Below are positions 16,428-26,870 of a DNA stretch of 64,000 bases, one piece after another. The position numbers and the translations under genes were made by a program. The notes under the pieces are model-generated. The model saw nothing but the letters and a program-made list of their open reading frames with translations, was not told the origin of the DNA and did not search any database. The DNA is from Nitrososphaerota archaeon. Its GTDB lineage: Archaea > Thermoproteota > Nitrososphaeria > Nitrososphaerales > JACQRY01. Location: contig JACPCU010000020.1 of assembly GCA_016184315.1 (NCBI GenBank), positions 21,025 to 85,024 of the forward strand, given 5' to 3'. How positions within the stretch are numbered: the stretch's first letter is position 1; the number at the start of each line of letters is the position of its first letter.

Positions 16428-18204
16428 CCACTTTCACCTCTTGTGCAGACATCTTCCTAAACCCTTCAACCATATCTTTGCCCAGTTCTTCAAGAAGCTC
16501 TAGCTTCTCGTTAGGCACCGCGAACTTGCTTCTAATCAGCTTCGCGATTATGGGCATCGCCCTGATTTGGGACAATGCGACGCCGCTCTTCAGAGCGTTC
16601 ATCGCCTCGCGATGGAAGTCTGCGTAGAGTGACAGGAGTTTGTACTGCTTCTGGGGACTGCAGTAACTGTCAACCTCGTCGTAGGCGCTCTGCTGAAGGA
16701 AGCCTTCTTTGATCATTCTTGCAACATCAAGGATCAGCTTCTCCTCATCAGGAAGAGCCTCGGGTCCGAGGAGCCTGACGATCTCCTTCAACACGTCTTC
16801 TCGCTGAAGGATGGTGTAGACGTAGCCTCTTTCGCGGTCCCAGTTCTTGCCCACTGTGTCGCCCCACCATTTCTTCACGCTGTCAGCGTAGCCTGAGTAG
16901 CTTGTGATCCAGTTGATAGCCGGATAATGCCTAGAATAAGCGAGCCTTGTTTCTAGACCCCAGAAGGTCTTGATGAATCGTGAGGTATGAGTTGTGACGG
17001 GCTCGGTGAAGTCTGCGCCTGACGGTGAAACCGCTCCGATGAGGGTTACGGAGCCTATGCGCTCCGGCGTGCCTAGTGTTCTGACTCTTCCTGCCCGTTC
17101 ATAAAACTCGGCGAGACGTGAAGCTAAGTAAGATGGGTATCCTTCCTCCGCTGGCATCTCTTCTAATCGTCCACTGATCTCTCTGAGAGCCTCAGCCCAT
17201 CTGCTCGTCGAATCAGCTACGAGCACAACGTCATAACCCATGTCTCTGTAATATTCAGCCATGGTTACCCCGGTGTAAATGCTGGCTTCCCTTGCTGCTA
17301 CAGGCATGTTGCTTGTGTTAGCCACGAGGATGGTTCGGTCCATCAGGGGTAGTCCGGAAGCAGGGTCTTTCAACTCGGGGAACTTGATTAGCACTTCGGT
17401 CATTTCGTTGCCGCGTTCACCGCAGCCCACGTGCAATACGACTTTCGCATCAGCCCAAGCCGCGATTTGGTGGAGGGTAACTGTCTTTCCGGTGCCGAAG
17501 CCTCCTGGAATAGCTGCTGTTCCTCCCTTAACAATGGGGAACAGAGTATCTATAACCCTCTGTCCTGTGACTAGAGGAAGCTCAGGGTCAAACCGCTCAG
17601 CGTAAGGACGAGCCTTCCTGACGGGCCAGCGGTGATACATCTTTAGGTCCTGTTTCTTGCTGTCCTTCTTGACTGTGGCAATCACTTCTTCAACGGTGTA
17701 GTCTCCCTCATCCCTGATCTCTACAACTTCTCCTCCAGGTGAATCTGGAGGCACCATAATCCTATGCTCGATCAGGGGTGTCTCGTTCACGGTTCCAAGA
17801 ATGCTGCCTGCCTGAACAACATCCTTCTTTTTGACTGTGGGTTTGAAGTGCCACTTAGCGTCATAGGAGATAGAGGGCATTGAGATGCCTCTGGTGATGA
17901 AGGCTCCTGACTTCTTCGCAATCTCGTCTAGGGGCCTCTGCATCCCGTCGTAGATCTTGCCGATCATGCCGGGTCCTAGGGACACAGATAATGGTAGACC
18001 AGTACCATAGACGGGTTCACCAGGCTTCAATCCGCTGGTGGACTCGTAGACTTGGACGAACGCCACGTCGCCAGTCAGACGGATAATTTCGCCCACAAGG
18101 CGCTCCTCGCCTACCTCAACAGTCTCATACATCTTGGCCTCCCCCATACCCGAAGCCTTGACGGCAGGGCCACTGATCCAAACTATCTTGCCTTTAGCTG
18201 GCAT
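16417..18204 (-). CDS. atpA: A-type ATP synthase catalytic subunit A
   Basis: 595 aa. Walker [10 protein letters not shown], then [11 protein letters not shown] and [18 protein letters not shown]. Confidence 0.97.
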   Translation of the reverse strand: MPAKGKIVWISGPAVKASGMGEAKMYETVEVGEERLVGEIIRLTGDVAFVQVYESTSGLKPGEPVYGTGLPLSVSLGPGMIGKIYDGMQRPLDEIAKKSGAFITRGISMPSISYDAKWHFKPTVKKKDVVQAGSILGTVNETPLIEHRIMVPPDSPGGEVVEIRDEGDYTVEEVIATVKKDSKKQDLKMYHRWPVRKARPYAERFDPELPLVTGQRVIDTLFPIVKGGTAAIPGGFGTGKTVTLHQIAAWADAKVVLHVGCGERGNEMTEVLIKFPELKDPASGLPLMDRTILVANTSNMPVAAREASIYTGVTMAEYYRDMGYDVVLVADSTSRWAEALREISGRLEEMPAEEGYPSYLASRLAEFYERAGRVRTLGTPERIGSVTLIGAVSPSGADFTEPVTTHTSRFIKTFWGLETRLAYSRHYPAINWITSYSGYADSVKKWWGDTVGKNWDRERGYVYTILQREDVLKEIVRLLGPEALPDEEKLILDVARMIKEGFLQQSAYDEVDSYCSPQKQYKLLSLYADFHREAMNALKSGVALSQIRAMPIIAKLIRSKFAVPNEKLELLEELGKDMVEGFRKMSAQEVKVVAS

Positions 18205-18208
18205 AAAC

Positions 18209-18835
18209 CTAACTTCCTCCGCTCAGCAGGTCGTATACCTGCCTCCTTAAAAGCGGCTTGATTCTTGCAAGCCTAGCCTCAACAGTGTTGTCATACACGA
18301 TGCTACCATCAGTTGACCTGACTTTCACGCCGCCTGCGCAGTTCAGCGGCTGGGGATCCATCTCTATCTTCACTCCCTTACGCTTGCCCACTTCCGATGC
18401 GAGCTTAGAGACGGTTTTCAGGTCCCTCTTGCTACAGGAGCACACCACTTCCTTGACATCGAGTGAGATGATGCTTTCCTCAAGGATACGCTTCAAGGCG
18501 TCATCATAAGAACCCTCGAATTCTAGGCGAGCTATCTTATCCAGAGACTGATGGAAGACCTTGTTGACTGTTTCCTCGGTGAGCTGAAGGCTCTTGTTTC
18601 TTGCCACCAGCTCCGCGTTACCGATGAGTCTGCGTTTAACAGCGTCAGCCTGCCTGTCCTTCGACTCCAAGATCTTAGTGACCGCTTCAACAGCCTCGCG
18701 CCTAGCTGCTTCAAGGATGCTCTCTGCCTCCTTGACGCCTTCGCCTAGAATAGCGATCATCTCCTGCCGTGCTTCGTCGGAGACCTTGTTGACAACGTTT
18801 CTCACAGATGAGCTTGCAGCCATAATTCTAAACAC
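18209..18835 (-). CDS. atpE: A-type ATP synthase subunit E
   Basis: 208 aa. N-terminal coiled coil and C-terminal [22 protein letters not shown] motif. Confidence 0.85.
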   Translation of the reverse strand: MFRIMAASSSVRNVVNKVSDEARQEMIAILGEGVKEAESILEAARREAVEAVTKILESKDRQADAVKRRLIGNAELVARNKSLQLTEETVNKVFHQSLDKIARLEFEGSYDDALKRILEESIISLDVKEVVCSCSKRDLKTVSKLASEVGKRKGVKIEMDPQPLNCAGGVKVRSTDGSIVYDNTVEARLARIKPLLRRQVYDLLSGGS

Positions 18836-19130
18836 CCAATATTTGTCTCAGCATCGTCCTGTATTCTATCTTGACAGCCTTAGTCCCAGGCGCAGGAACC
18901 TCGTAGATGAGGGGAACCGGCTTCTTAGATCTCAGCTCTGTCAAACGGGGTCTAAGAGGCTCCGCGACATCACTGCTCACCATGATCAAACCAGTATTCT
19001 TGTCAGCCATCAGGCCTTCAACCGTCTTCAAAGCTTCATCAGGAGTCGTAGCTTCGACACCGTCAACTCCGGCAAGACGGAAACCAGAAACGAAGCTCCT
19101 AGTACCGACTGCGATGACTCGCATCGACAA
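18828..19130 (-). CDS. atpF: A-type ATP synthase subunit F
   Basis: 100 aa. Contains RVIAVGTRSFVSGFRLAGVDGVE. Confidence 0.9.
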   Translation of the reverse strand: MSMRVIAVGTRSFVSGFRLAGVDGVEATTPDEALKTVEGLMADKNTGLIMVSSDVAEPLRPRLTELRSKKPVPLIYEVPAPGTKAVKIEYRTMLRQILGV

Positions 19131-19160
19131 TCGAGGCTCCGCGTTTTTACCAGAATTTAT

Positions 19161-19195
19161 AAGGCTATCTACAGAAAACCTATAAAAATAGCCTT
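19161..19195. promoter_or_regulatory. divergent atpF/atpI control region: 8-bp inverted repeat bracketing two TATA-like boxes
   Basis: AAGGCTAT (19161-19168) and ATAGCCTT (19188-19195), with TTTATAA and TATAAAAATA elements between and around them. Confidence 0.3.
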
Positions 19196-19232
19196 AACAA
19201 CGCCCATATCCACCTCCAAGTGATGAACCTCC

Positions 19233-21326
19233 GTGGGCGTAGTCGAGCTCTCCAAAGTCACTCTGATCCTCCCAAGATCCGAACTTCCTGAGGCAACCAA
19301 AACCCTCTGCCAGTTTGAATGGTTCCACCCCACAGGACCTGAGGCCAAGACCATAGACACACAGGTAGATGCCTTAACATCTAGGACATTCAAAGTCTTC
19401 ATCGACCTAGACGAGTTATCCAGGAACCTTGGACTCAAAGTTGAACCCGGCGTCATGGATGTCCTCTCCAAAGGTGTCAAGACAGAGAAGGAGAAGTTCA
19501 CCGCCACCGACTGGATGAGTCTAGTAACCAAACTTGAGGCTGAAGCCAAGCCTCTGATAGAAGACTTAGGAACAAGAATGCAGGCGATCTCCAAAATGAA
19601 GAAGAATCTTTCAGACTTGGATGCTCTTGAAGCAGCCCTCTCACTAGTCTCGAGCTTCAACGTGGACTTGAAGAGCTTAGAGAAGCTGAAGAGGCTTTAC
19701 ACAGTCTTCACCATAATCTCCACGAAAGACCTGAAAGAAGTAAGGAACAGTCTTCCCGAGGCCGCCATCATCGACAAGTCTCTAACACGCGACCGAAACG
19801 CCGTGCTAGTCATCGCGTTGCGTCAAGACGCAGATAGAGTCGACAGAGCACTAAGAAGCTTCGAGGTCAAGCCCTTCGAGATTCCCCATGATCTTCCGCA
19901 AAGCCCCTCCGAGGCCTATGACGCCGTCAAAAGCCGACTTGAAGATACAAGGAAGAAACTTCAACAACTAGAGCAGGAAACCGATGATCTGTCATCTAAG
20001 AACGCTGGCAGGATTCTTACTCTCAGGGAAACGGGTCAAGTAGCTTACACCGTCCTATCGCAGGTCCGGAAGCCCGGAGAGCTGAAGCGCTTCGCAGTCG
20101 TGGAGGGATATATACCGAATGTGCAGCAGGAAGACTTCCACAAAAGATTCAGCAGGTGGATAAGCGTCTTCGAGGAGGCTGGCCATAAGGAGCATGGAGA
20201 ACACGGTGAAGCAACTCCTTCGGTGCCCACTCTGGCTAGGCACTCAAAGATGGTAAAGCCGTTTGCGAATATTACTCTAACCCAGGGGCCGCCCGGCTAC
20301 GGTGAATTCGACCCGACTGCCATTATCGCTCTGATCTTCCCCGTCTTCTATGGACTCATGTTCGGCGATCTTGGCCACGGCTTGGTTCTCACAGCTTTCG
20401 GCGCCTATCTATTCATGCGGGCCAAAGGAGGTCACCCCATTCGCAGCTGGGGTCAGATGTTCATTGCGGCAGGAGTAGCTGCAATGGTGGTCGGTATAGG
20501 CATCGGAGAAGTATTTGGATTAGAGTTAGGTAAATTCATCCCCCTTCCGTTTCACCCGCTTGAGTTGGTGGAGAGAGGACACGAAGCGATACCCAGCATA
20601 GCTCTTCAGGTGCTATACGTGTTCCTGAAAATCGCTATTGCCTTGGGTACTCTACACATTTTCATAGGATTATTGGTCAATGTTGTAAACGGAATCAAGA
20701 GTCGTGAGACGCTTGAAGTCTATCTGCACCGGGTGCCCTTGCTAATCCTCTATGTTTTCTTCGTCAGCTTCCTATTCGCCTTCTGGGCTGGAGGCAAACA
20801 GATCTCTACGCTTTTCACCAGCACCAACTCCCTGTTTCTACTGAGAGACATTGGAATCCACATCCCGGTCAAACTGGCTAGCTCAATCGCCATCCCCGGA
20901 ATGATTGCCCTTCTTCTCCTAATGGTTGCTGGCAGAGTAGTGTTGACCAAAAAGGGGATGGGACACGGCGACGAGGGAGCAGGCATGGCTGCGCTCATAG
21001 AGTTCGTCGAGCTAGCCTTCGAACGCATCCCAGGTTTCCTTGCAAACACCGTGAGCTATCTTCGAATAGCAGTGTTACTCACAGTCCACGCATCACTCTT
21101 GATCGCCCTGAACTTGGCGTGGTCCATGGGACTCGCCGCAATACCACTAATAGTCGTAGGCAACCTAGGCATAATAGCTCTTGAAGCTCTGATCGTGTTC
21201 ATCCAAGACCTGAGGCTCCACCTATACGAATGGTTCACCAAGTTCTACGAGGGAACCGGCATCATCTATCGGAAAATAATTCCCTCAACCAACTACGTAG
21301 AGCTAGAATGGGAAGAGAAGCCCTAG
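19233..21326 (+). CDS. atpI: A-type ATP synthase subunit I (a)
   Basis: 697 aa. Soluble coiled-coil N-half, multi-TM C-half with LANTVSYLRIAVLLTVH (essential Arg region). Confidence 0.9.
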   Translation: MGVVELSKVTLILPRSELPEATKTLCQFEWFHPTGPEAKTIDTQVDALTSRTFKVFIDLDELSRNLGLKVEPGVMDVLSKGVKTEKEKFTATDWMSLVTKLEAEAKPLIEDLGTRMQAISKMKKNLSDLDALEAALSLVSSFNVDLKSLEKLKRLYTVFTIISTKDLKEVRNSLPEAAIIDKSLTRDRNAVLVIALRQDADRVDRALRSFEVKPFEIPHDLPQSPSEAYDAVKSRLEDTRKKLQQLEQETDDLSSKNAGRILTLRETGQVAYTVLSQVRKPGELKRFAVVEGYIPNVQQEDFHKRFSRWISVFEEAGHKEHGEHGEATPSVPTLARHSKMVKPFANITLTQGPPGYGEFDPTAIIALIFPVFYGLMFGDLGHGLVLTAFGAYLFMRAKGGHPIRSWGQMFIAAGVAAMVVGIGIGEVFGLELGKFIPLPFHPLELVERGHEAIPSIALQVLYVFLKIAIALGTLHIFIGLLVNVVNGIKSRETLEVYLHRVPLLILYVFFVSFLFAFWAGGKQISTLFTSTNSLFLLRDIGIHIPVKLASSIAIPGMIALLLLMVAGRVVLTKKGMGHGDEGAGMAALIEFVELAFERIPGFLANTVSYLRIAVLLTVHASLLIALNLAWSMGLAAIPLIVVGNLGIIALEALIVFIQDLRLHLYEWFTKFYEGTGIIYRKIIPSTNYVELEWEEKP

Positions 21327-21502
21327 GGGCTGTCTAGTCAACCTCTCAGAAATATTCCCTCTGATCTTGAAATTTATATTGCTAGGGGGGAGGCTGCGTT
21401 CCACAACCAAGACATCTAGGCTCCGAATTTGAGTCATATTTGAAGGGCGGGTTCTACAATCCGACAGCGAGGACTTGCCTTATTCGGCGAGCAACATAAC
21501 GC

Positions 21503-22585
21503 TTAGCTGCGCCGCTCCTTAGCGCAGACAACTTTCTCCATCATCCTCTGGACATCCAAACGCTGCTCGACACCGAAAGCTATGGCTGAAAGATTCCTAG
21601 CCTCCAGCTCCAACATCTTCACCAAAGCCAGAGCCAGACTTACCCCAAACTCATCCCACAAGAAGGCGTGCTGCGCCCGCTCATACGTGAGACCGGCAAA
21701 CCCGTCTTCAAGCTTAGACAAAGCCTCTACCCCAGAAACCTCCCTAGGCAGGATGCCTCTATACTCAGTCCTCTCCACTATGTGTAACGCCTCGTTTACC
21801 GACTCAGCTGCAACCATATCCTCCAACAAGCCTATCGGCACACCGATCCCAGATTCAATCAGCAGGCCACGGGCCTCAGGCTTAGGAAGATCCCACAGCT
21901 TAGCCCTCAGAGAAGCCAAAATGTTGAAAGAATCCAAGTCAAGAGTGATGAGCCTCCTGATCTTGGCTTCTCCATCACCATTCTTCTTTCCTGAAGCAGA
22001 CCCATAGGCCCGAACAAGACTTGAATAAAACTCTCTGTCAATGTAAACATCAAAGAGCTGAGGTTCATTCTTCTCCTTGAAGCTCTTCGCAGCAGCCTCA
22101 GCTTCATCTCCGAACTCGCTGCCAGCCAACTGCCTAACTGCATCATCAAGCCCCTGAGCACTTAGAGCCCTAACCACAACGTCCCTCCTACCCACTAGCT
22201 CCTCAGCGTAAAGGTTGACACGCCTACTGATCTCCTCGTAAGGCAGTCCGAACGCCTTACCCTTCAAAACAGTCTTCAGATTCGAAGCGATATGCCTCAG
22301 ATAATAAGCTGAAAGCAGCTCGCTCTGAGGCGAAACCCTCAGCACAGAGAAATGCGTGAACGCAAACTGCTCCCTGAAAGCCATCTCCAGCTTATCAGCC
22401 TTATACGGCCTCTGCACCTTCGAAACAGTTTGGCTGTAGGCCGTGCCCCTCAGCTTAGTCGCCAAGTCTTCAAGGTCACGGGATTCGGCGAGGTTCTCAT
22501 AGTTCTGGTAGGAGAGAAGCCTACCCTTTGCCGCAACCGTCTTGACAGCGGTGTAAACCTCGTCTGAGATAAGGGTCTTGACCAT
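21503..22585 (-). CDS. atpC: A-type ATP synthase subunit C (V-type d)
   Basis: 360-aa all-helical protein with a typical subunit C N-terminus (YTAVKTVAAKGRLLSYQNYENL). Adjacent to atpH. Confidence 0.88.
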   Translation of the reverse strand: MVKTLISDEVYTAVKTVAAKGRLLSYQNYENLAESRDLEDLATKLRGTAYSQTVSKVQRPYKADKLEMAFREQFAFTHFSVLRVSPQSELLSAYYLRHIASNLKTVLKGKAFGLPYEEISRRVNLYAEELVGRRDVVVRALSAQGLDDAVRQLAGSEFGDEAEAAAKSFKEKNEPQLFDVYIDREFYSSLVRAYGSASGKKNGDGEAKIRRLITLDLDSFNILASLRAKLWDLPKPEARGLLIESGIGVPIGLLEDMVAAESVNEALHIVERTEYRGILPREVSGVEALSKLEDGFAGLTYERAQHAFLWDEFGVSLALALVKMLELEARNLSAIAFGVEQRLDVQRMMEKVVCAKERRS

Positions 22586-22587
22586 CT

Positions 22588-22923
22588 CTACGCGCCCAAC
22601 ACACCTTTGACAACCTTCTTCACAGCTTCATCGAACACCTTGTCTATCCTCGCTTTCAGCTTCTCAACGTCCTTCTCAGCATTGGCAATGATCCTCTTAG
22701 CCTCCTCCTCAGCCTCCCTCTGAACATGGTCTATCTCCATCTGAGTCTCCTCAGCCGCCTCCTTTACAGACTCTTCCTTAAGCTTCTCAGCCTCCTGCCT
22801 AGCATAGCTGATCAGATTCCTCTTCAACTCCTCAACGTTACCGCGAATAGAATCCAGTTCACTCTCAAACTGGGTCAGAGCAGATATGACTTCCTGTATC
22901 TGGGAGCCTTCATGAAGAGACAA
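22588..22923 (-). CDS. atpH: A-type ATP synthase subunit H (peripheral stalk)
   Basis: 111-aa highly charged coiled coil directly upstream of atpC. Confidence 0.7.
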   Translation of the reverse strand: MSLHEGSQIQEVISALTQFESELDSIRGNVEELKRNLISYARQEAEKLKEESVKEAAEETQMEIDHVQREAEEEAKRIIANAEKDVEKLKARIDKVFDEAVKKVVKGVLGA

Positions 22924-22980
22924 TTCTGTTCGCCCCTCCCTTCACGTCACTGTAATTAAGCTCTTCGCGTACATCCTTGT

Positions 22981-23328
22981 TCAAGCAGCCGTTAAGCTAA
23001 GGATTGCCTTAGCCAAATCCCCATCAGCGTCCTCCAACGCTGACTGAGCCCTCTCCTTCGAAACACCTGTCTGCTGAACCACCAGGAGAACATCCTCCTC
23101 TGTGAACTTGGGAGTCTCGCGGGCCTTCTCTTCAACCTCCTCTCCTGACACCTGAAACATTCTCATCCCTTTCACAGTCACTTCAGCTACACTTGCATCC
23201 TTTACAATGATATCCTTCGTCCTAGTGCGGATCACAACCTCCTCAACGCCTTCAACCTCCTTCATGTCTACTCCCATACGTTCCAAGAGACGCCTTGTCT
23301 GTCTACGATCAAACGCCAACCACGACAC
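22981..23328 (-). CDS. nac: nascent polypeptide-associated complex protein (NAC alpha)
   Basis: NAC domain (VEEVVIRTRTKDIIVKDASVAEVTVKGMRMFQVSG) plus C-terminal UBA (EEDVLLVVQQTGVSKERAQSALEDADGDLAKAI). Confidence 0.9.
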   Translation of the reverse strand: MSWLAFDRRQTRRLLERMGVDMKEVEGVEEVVIRTRTKDIIVKDASVAEVTVKGMRMFQVSGEEVEEKARETPKFTEEDVLLVVQQTGVSKERAQSALEDADGDLAKAILSLTAA

Positions 23329-23393
23329 CTCTTACCAAACAGTCAAACCAAGACCCGGCATCTATCCCTTAAGCCTTTTCAAATCCTGCCACA

Positions 23394-23948
23394 CTACTCA
23401 GCATCATCTAGACTTGGCTTACCAGCTGCACCCTGACGAACCTTGACAGCCATGCCTTTCCTGAAACTCATCATGTTCTTGGATGAGAGGACAGCCTTCC
23501 CTACTGCAATGACTTTTCCTTGCGGACTGAGAACAGCAACCTCAGACTTGGGATAAACGTTTCGCCCACAGTGAACAACGTGTTTGGCGAAGACAGAAAG
23601 ACCGGTGGAAACAGATTCAACCGCGTCTTCGTTTACCGTGACACAATTTTCTACGAAGGACTTTGAAGTACTAAGAACTTCGGCGCCGAACACCGTCAGG
23701 GCAACGCCACCTTCAGATCTCACCGTGGCTAGAAGTCTACCATTCCATGAAACACTTCTCAGCCTACCCGTTCTCCTAGAAGTCACATACGTAAAAGAGT
23801 CAAAGGGAACCCCGTCGCTAACACCCTTCCCAAAAAGATAGTCCAACGTCATCGCGAATTTTCTCCCCCAATCCAACTCTGAATCCTTCCCCGTAGGGCC
23901 AAGTGTTCGGGGAATTAAGCTTCTCGCGCAAAACCTAAGTAGCCTCAA
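23394..23948 (-). CDS. PUA-domain RNA-binding protein (pre-PUA + PUA)
   Basis: C-terminal PUA pattern: KSEVAVLSPQGKVIAVGKAVLSSKNMMSFRKGMAVKVRQG. The likely true start is the internal Met (MTLDYLFGKG). Confidence 0.7.
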   Translation of the reverse strand: MRLLRFCARSLIPRTLGPTGKDSELDWGRKFAMTLDYLFGKGVSDGVPFDSFTYVTSRRTGRLRSVSWNGRLLATVRSEGGVALTVFGAEVLSTSKSFVENCVTVNEDAVESVSTGLSVFAKHVVHCGRNVYPKSEVAVLSPQGKVIAVGKAVLSSKNMMSFRKGMAVKVRQGAAGKPSLDDAE

Positions 23949-23977
23949 ACGCCCTGCAACATCTAGGCAAGAGAAAA

Positions 23978-24412
23978 TTGAGGGTTTGTGAAGTCTGCGG
24001 CGAGCCTATACGCGGAGTTCCTCAGACCGTTATGATTGACGGAGGGAAACTCACTGTATGCGGCCACTGCTCTAGACTAGGCACACCAGTAGCTGCGCCA
24101 GTAGCACTACCGAAATCGTTTCCCAAATCTTTGGCCACTAATAGACCAAGGCCTGCACCTAGGCTTAGGAATCCCACTCCGCTGCTCAAAGAACCGGAGT
24201 TGGATCTGAGGCCTGACTACAACTTGGTTATCAGGCAAGCCAGAGAGAAGCTGAATCTCTCACAAGAAGAGCTCGGCCGAAAGATAAATGAAAAGCCCTC
24301 AGTCATAAGACTTATCGAAACCGCTAGGCTCAAGCCTGATAATGTCCTAGCGAGCAAGATCAAACACTTCCTCAAAGTAGATCTACTGATACCTGCTGAA
24401 GAGTTAGCGTAG
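23978..24412 (+). CDS. mbf1: archaeal multiprotein-bridging factor 1 (Zn ribbon + XRE HTH)
   Basis: N-terminal CEVCG..CGHC ribbon. C-terminal HTH LVIRQAREKLNLSQEELGRKINEKPSVIRLIE. Confidence 0.9.
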   Translation: MRVCEVCGEPIRGVPQTVMIDGGKLTVCGHCSRLGTPVAAPVALPKSFPKSLATNRPRPAPRLRNPTPLLKEPELDLRPDYNLVIRQAREKLNLSQEELGRKINEKPSVIRLIETARLKPDNVLASKIKHFLKVDLLIPAEELA

Positions 24413-24444
24413 CAGAAATGTTCCTTGAACGGTGAAGAGTAAGA

Positions 24445-25707
24445 CTGTCTTCAGCTAACAAAGCCATCCTCGTAACATACCCCGACAGATTTAGACGAAG
24501 CGAAGCCGTCAGCCTAGCTGAAGCAGCAGGCTACAACATAATCCAAACCTTTACGCAAAGATTCCTCTTTAAAGCCGAGTACGGCGTAGGCGCAGGAAAA
24601 GCCATCGAAATAGCCCTATCTGCGAAGGACATTGCTGCCGACGTAATACTGTTCGACGAGAAGCTGAAACCCGTGCAGCTCTACAATCTAGGCAAGCTCA
24701 TCGGAGTCGAAGTAGTGGACAGAGAGAAGCTCATACTTCAGATCTTCGCGAAAAGAGCCTCTACAGCAGAGGCCAAGCTGCAGGTTCGCCTAGCCCACTT
24801 GAGATACGAAATGGCAGGAGCAAGACAGAAGGTTCGCTTGGCCAAAGCGGGTGAGCAACCGGGCTTCTTCGGCCTCGGAAGATACGAAGTCGAAGTCTAT
24901 AACCGGGACCTCAAAACAAGAATATCAGCACTGCAAAGGAAACTGGAAAAGATAGCTAAGAGGAGAAGCCTCTACCAGCGTCAAAGAAGCAGAATGAACA
25001 TCGCCACTGTTTCTCTTGCAGGCTACACTGCAGCGGGAAAGACTAGTCTCTTCAACGCCCTAACCGGAGAAAGAAAAGAGGTGGGAGCAGGCTCCTTCAC
25101 AACTCTAGCAACAACCAGTAGGAGCATAATGTTGGACAACTCCAAAACGCTTCTGTCTGATACCGTAGGCTTCATCAGCGGCCTACCTCTATACATGATT
25201 GAAGCCTTCAAGTCAACCTTGGAGGAGCTGACTCATGCAGCCTTGGTGCTTTTGGTGGTGGATGTCAGCGAGCCGCCTGGAGACGTTCTCCTCCGCTTCC
25301 AAGACTCCATTGCTGTTCTTACTCAGTTGGAGGTTTCACCCTCCAAGACCCTTGTGGTTCTGAATAAAGCTGATTTGACTGCTAAGGAGCACTTGGAGGA
25401 TGTCCGGAAAGCTATCTGCGTGGTTCCAGAGGGATCCATCGTGGTCTCAGCGAGGACAGGCTTTGGACTAGAGGACTTGAAAAAGCGGATCCATGAATCT
25501 ATCTTCGAATACGACGAGTCCAGAACGGTGATTCCTCCAGAGGAGATTGCAGGGGCATCAGATGAAATCGAATGGTTGAGGAGCAATGCAACAGTAGATC
25601 TAAGTAGAAGACAGGACGGCGCATTAGAAGCCTATGTTAAAGGACCTACATGGATTGTCCAACACTTCAAAGCGTTGTTCGGAGAACGTCGTGAAGTAAA
25701 TGCCTAG
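24445..25707 (+). CDS. hflX: GTPase HflX
   Basis: G domain (GYTAAGKTSLFNALTG, SDTVGFI, NKADL). HflX N-domain homology continues upstream of the tracked GTG (24673) to the frame opening at 24436. The only start-like codon there is CTG at 24445, 9 nt after GGTGA. Confidence 0.88.
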   Translation: MSSANKAILVTYPDRFRRSEAVSLAEAAGYNIIQTFTQRFLFKAEYGVGAGKAIEIALSAKDIAADVILFDEKLKPVQLYNLGKLIGVEVVDREKLILQIFAKRASTAEAKLQVRLAHLRYEMAGARQKVRLAKAGEQPGFFGLGRYEVEVYNRDLKTRISALQRKLEKIAKRRSLYQRQRSRMNIATVSLAGYTAAGKTSLFNALTGERKEVGAGSFTTLATTSRSIMLDNSKTLLSDTVGFISGLPLYMIEAFKSTLEELTHAALVLLVVDVSEPPGDVLLRFQDSIAVLTQLEVSPSKTLVVLNKADLTAKEHLEDVRKAICVVPEGSIVVSARTGFGLEDLKKRIHESIFEYDESRTVIPPEEIAGASDEIEWLRSNATVDLSRRQDGALEAYVKGPTWIVQHFKALFGERREVNA

Positions 25708-26224
25708 GGTTGCTGTCCTCAGAATCGGTTACAGGCTGGTCAGAGATGACCGAATCACCACTCACATTGCTTTGGTTGCACGGGCCTTTGGAGCTGACTG
25801 CATATACACCGTGGGAGGGGAGGAAGATCTTGCGGAGACGATTAGGAATGTCAACAAGCGGTGGGGTGGAGACTTCCAAGTCGAGTTTGTTGACGATTGG
25901 AAGAAAGTCGTAAGACAGTGGAAGAATAGTGGAGGACTAGTAGTCCATCTTACGATGTATGGGTTAGGTATGGAAACAGTTGAGGAGGTTCAAAGAGGAG
26001 AGAGAAACATTTTGGTCGTTGTGGGGGCAGAGAAGGTTCCTCGGGAACTCTACAGCATGGCTGACTATAATGTTGCTGTAAGTCATCAGCCTCACTCCGA
26101 GGTTTCAGCCCTAGCAGTGTTCTTGGATAGATACTTCAAAGGAGAAGAGTTGAAGAAGAATTTCCGGGATGCGAAGATGAAGATTACCCCCTCAGCCAAA
26201 GGCAAGAATGTAGTAGAACTCTAA
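25700..26224 (+). CDS. tRNA (cytidine56-2'-O)-methyltransferase aTrm56 (SPOUT)
   Basis: VAVLRIGYRLVRDDRITTHIALVARAFGAD and WGGDFQVE are typical of the aTrm56/COG1303 family. Confidence 0.88.
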   Translation: MPRVAVLRIGYRLVRDDRITTHIALVARAFGADCIYTVGGEEDLAETIRNVNKRWGGDFQVEFVDDWKKVVRQWKNSGGLVVHLTMYGLGMETVEEVQRGERNILVVVGAEKVPRELYSMADYNVAVSHQPHSEVSALAVFLDRYFKGEELKKNFRDAKMKITPSAKGKNVVEL

Positions 26225-26283
26225 CCATATGATCCGACTACGAGAAAACCTTTAATCTTTCTCAAACGAATAATAACCATTCT

Positions 26284-26823
26284 ATGTCAGAACCTCGCAC
26301 AACGCCTCCACGCCTTAGAATAGAGTATGAAGACTCCTTCGTAAAGATCGCAGGGCTCCTAGGAGGAGAAGAATACGTCCGGGTTGCCCGAGCCCTTTTG
26401 AACAACGAGAACGCTACCGATGAAGAGATCGCAAGTGCCACCGGCCTCAAGATCAACACTGTGAGGAAGGCTCTCTACGACCTCTTCGGAAGATCCCTGA
26501 TCTCAGGCATAAGGGTAAGAGACCTGAAGAGAGGATGGTTCGTATACAGATGGAAGGCCCAGCGAGATCAGGTGGACGGCTTCATAGAGACACAGAAACG
26601 CAAAGTGTTGGAGCGATTAAAGATCAGGCTTGAAAACGAAGATACCCACGAATTCTACCACTGCGGAGTAGATACATGTCAGAGGCTGACCTTTGAACAG
26701 GCCATAGAAGTCTTCTTCAAATGCCCCTCATGCGGGCACCCCTTCTCACTCATAGAGAACGGCAGGCTCAAAGAATCTTTGGCTTGGAAGATCAAAGACA
26801 TCGAATCAGAGATACAGAAATAA
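26284..26823 (+). CDS. tfe: transcription factor E (TFE alpha)
   Basis: Winged helix (DEEIASATGLKINTVRKALYDLF) and Zn ribbon (FYHCG..C....FKCPSCG). Confidence 0.9.
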   Translation: MSEPRTTPPRLRIEYEDSFVKIAGLLGGEEYVRVARALLNNENATDEEIASATGLKINTVRKALYDLFGRSLISGIRVRDLKRGWFVYRWKAQRDQVDGFIETQKRKVLERLKIRLENEDTHEFYHCGVDTCQRLTFEQAIEVFFKCPSCGHPFSLIENGRLKESLAWKIKDIESEIQK

Positions 26824-26830
26824 TCTTCAC

Positions 26831-26870
26831 GCCCGAAACATACCGAAACTATAGCGGAAATGGTAGCCCG
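26831..26870. repeat. att-like direct repeat, distal copy (tRNA-Gln 3' end plus flank)
   Basis: A 40-nt segment matching 28222-28261 with 3 substitutions and 2 single-nt indels. The last 20 nt (ATAGCGGAAATGGTAGCCCG) are identical. A degenerate third copy lies at 26923-26948. Confidence 0.8.
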
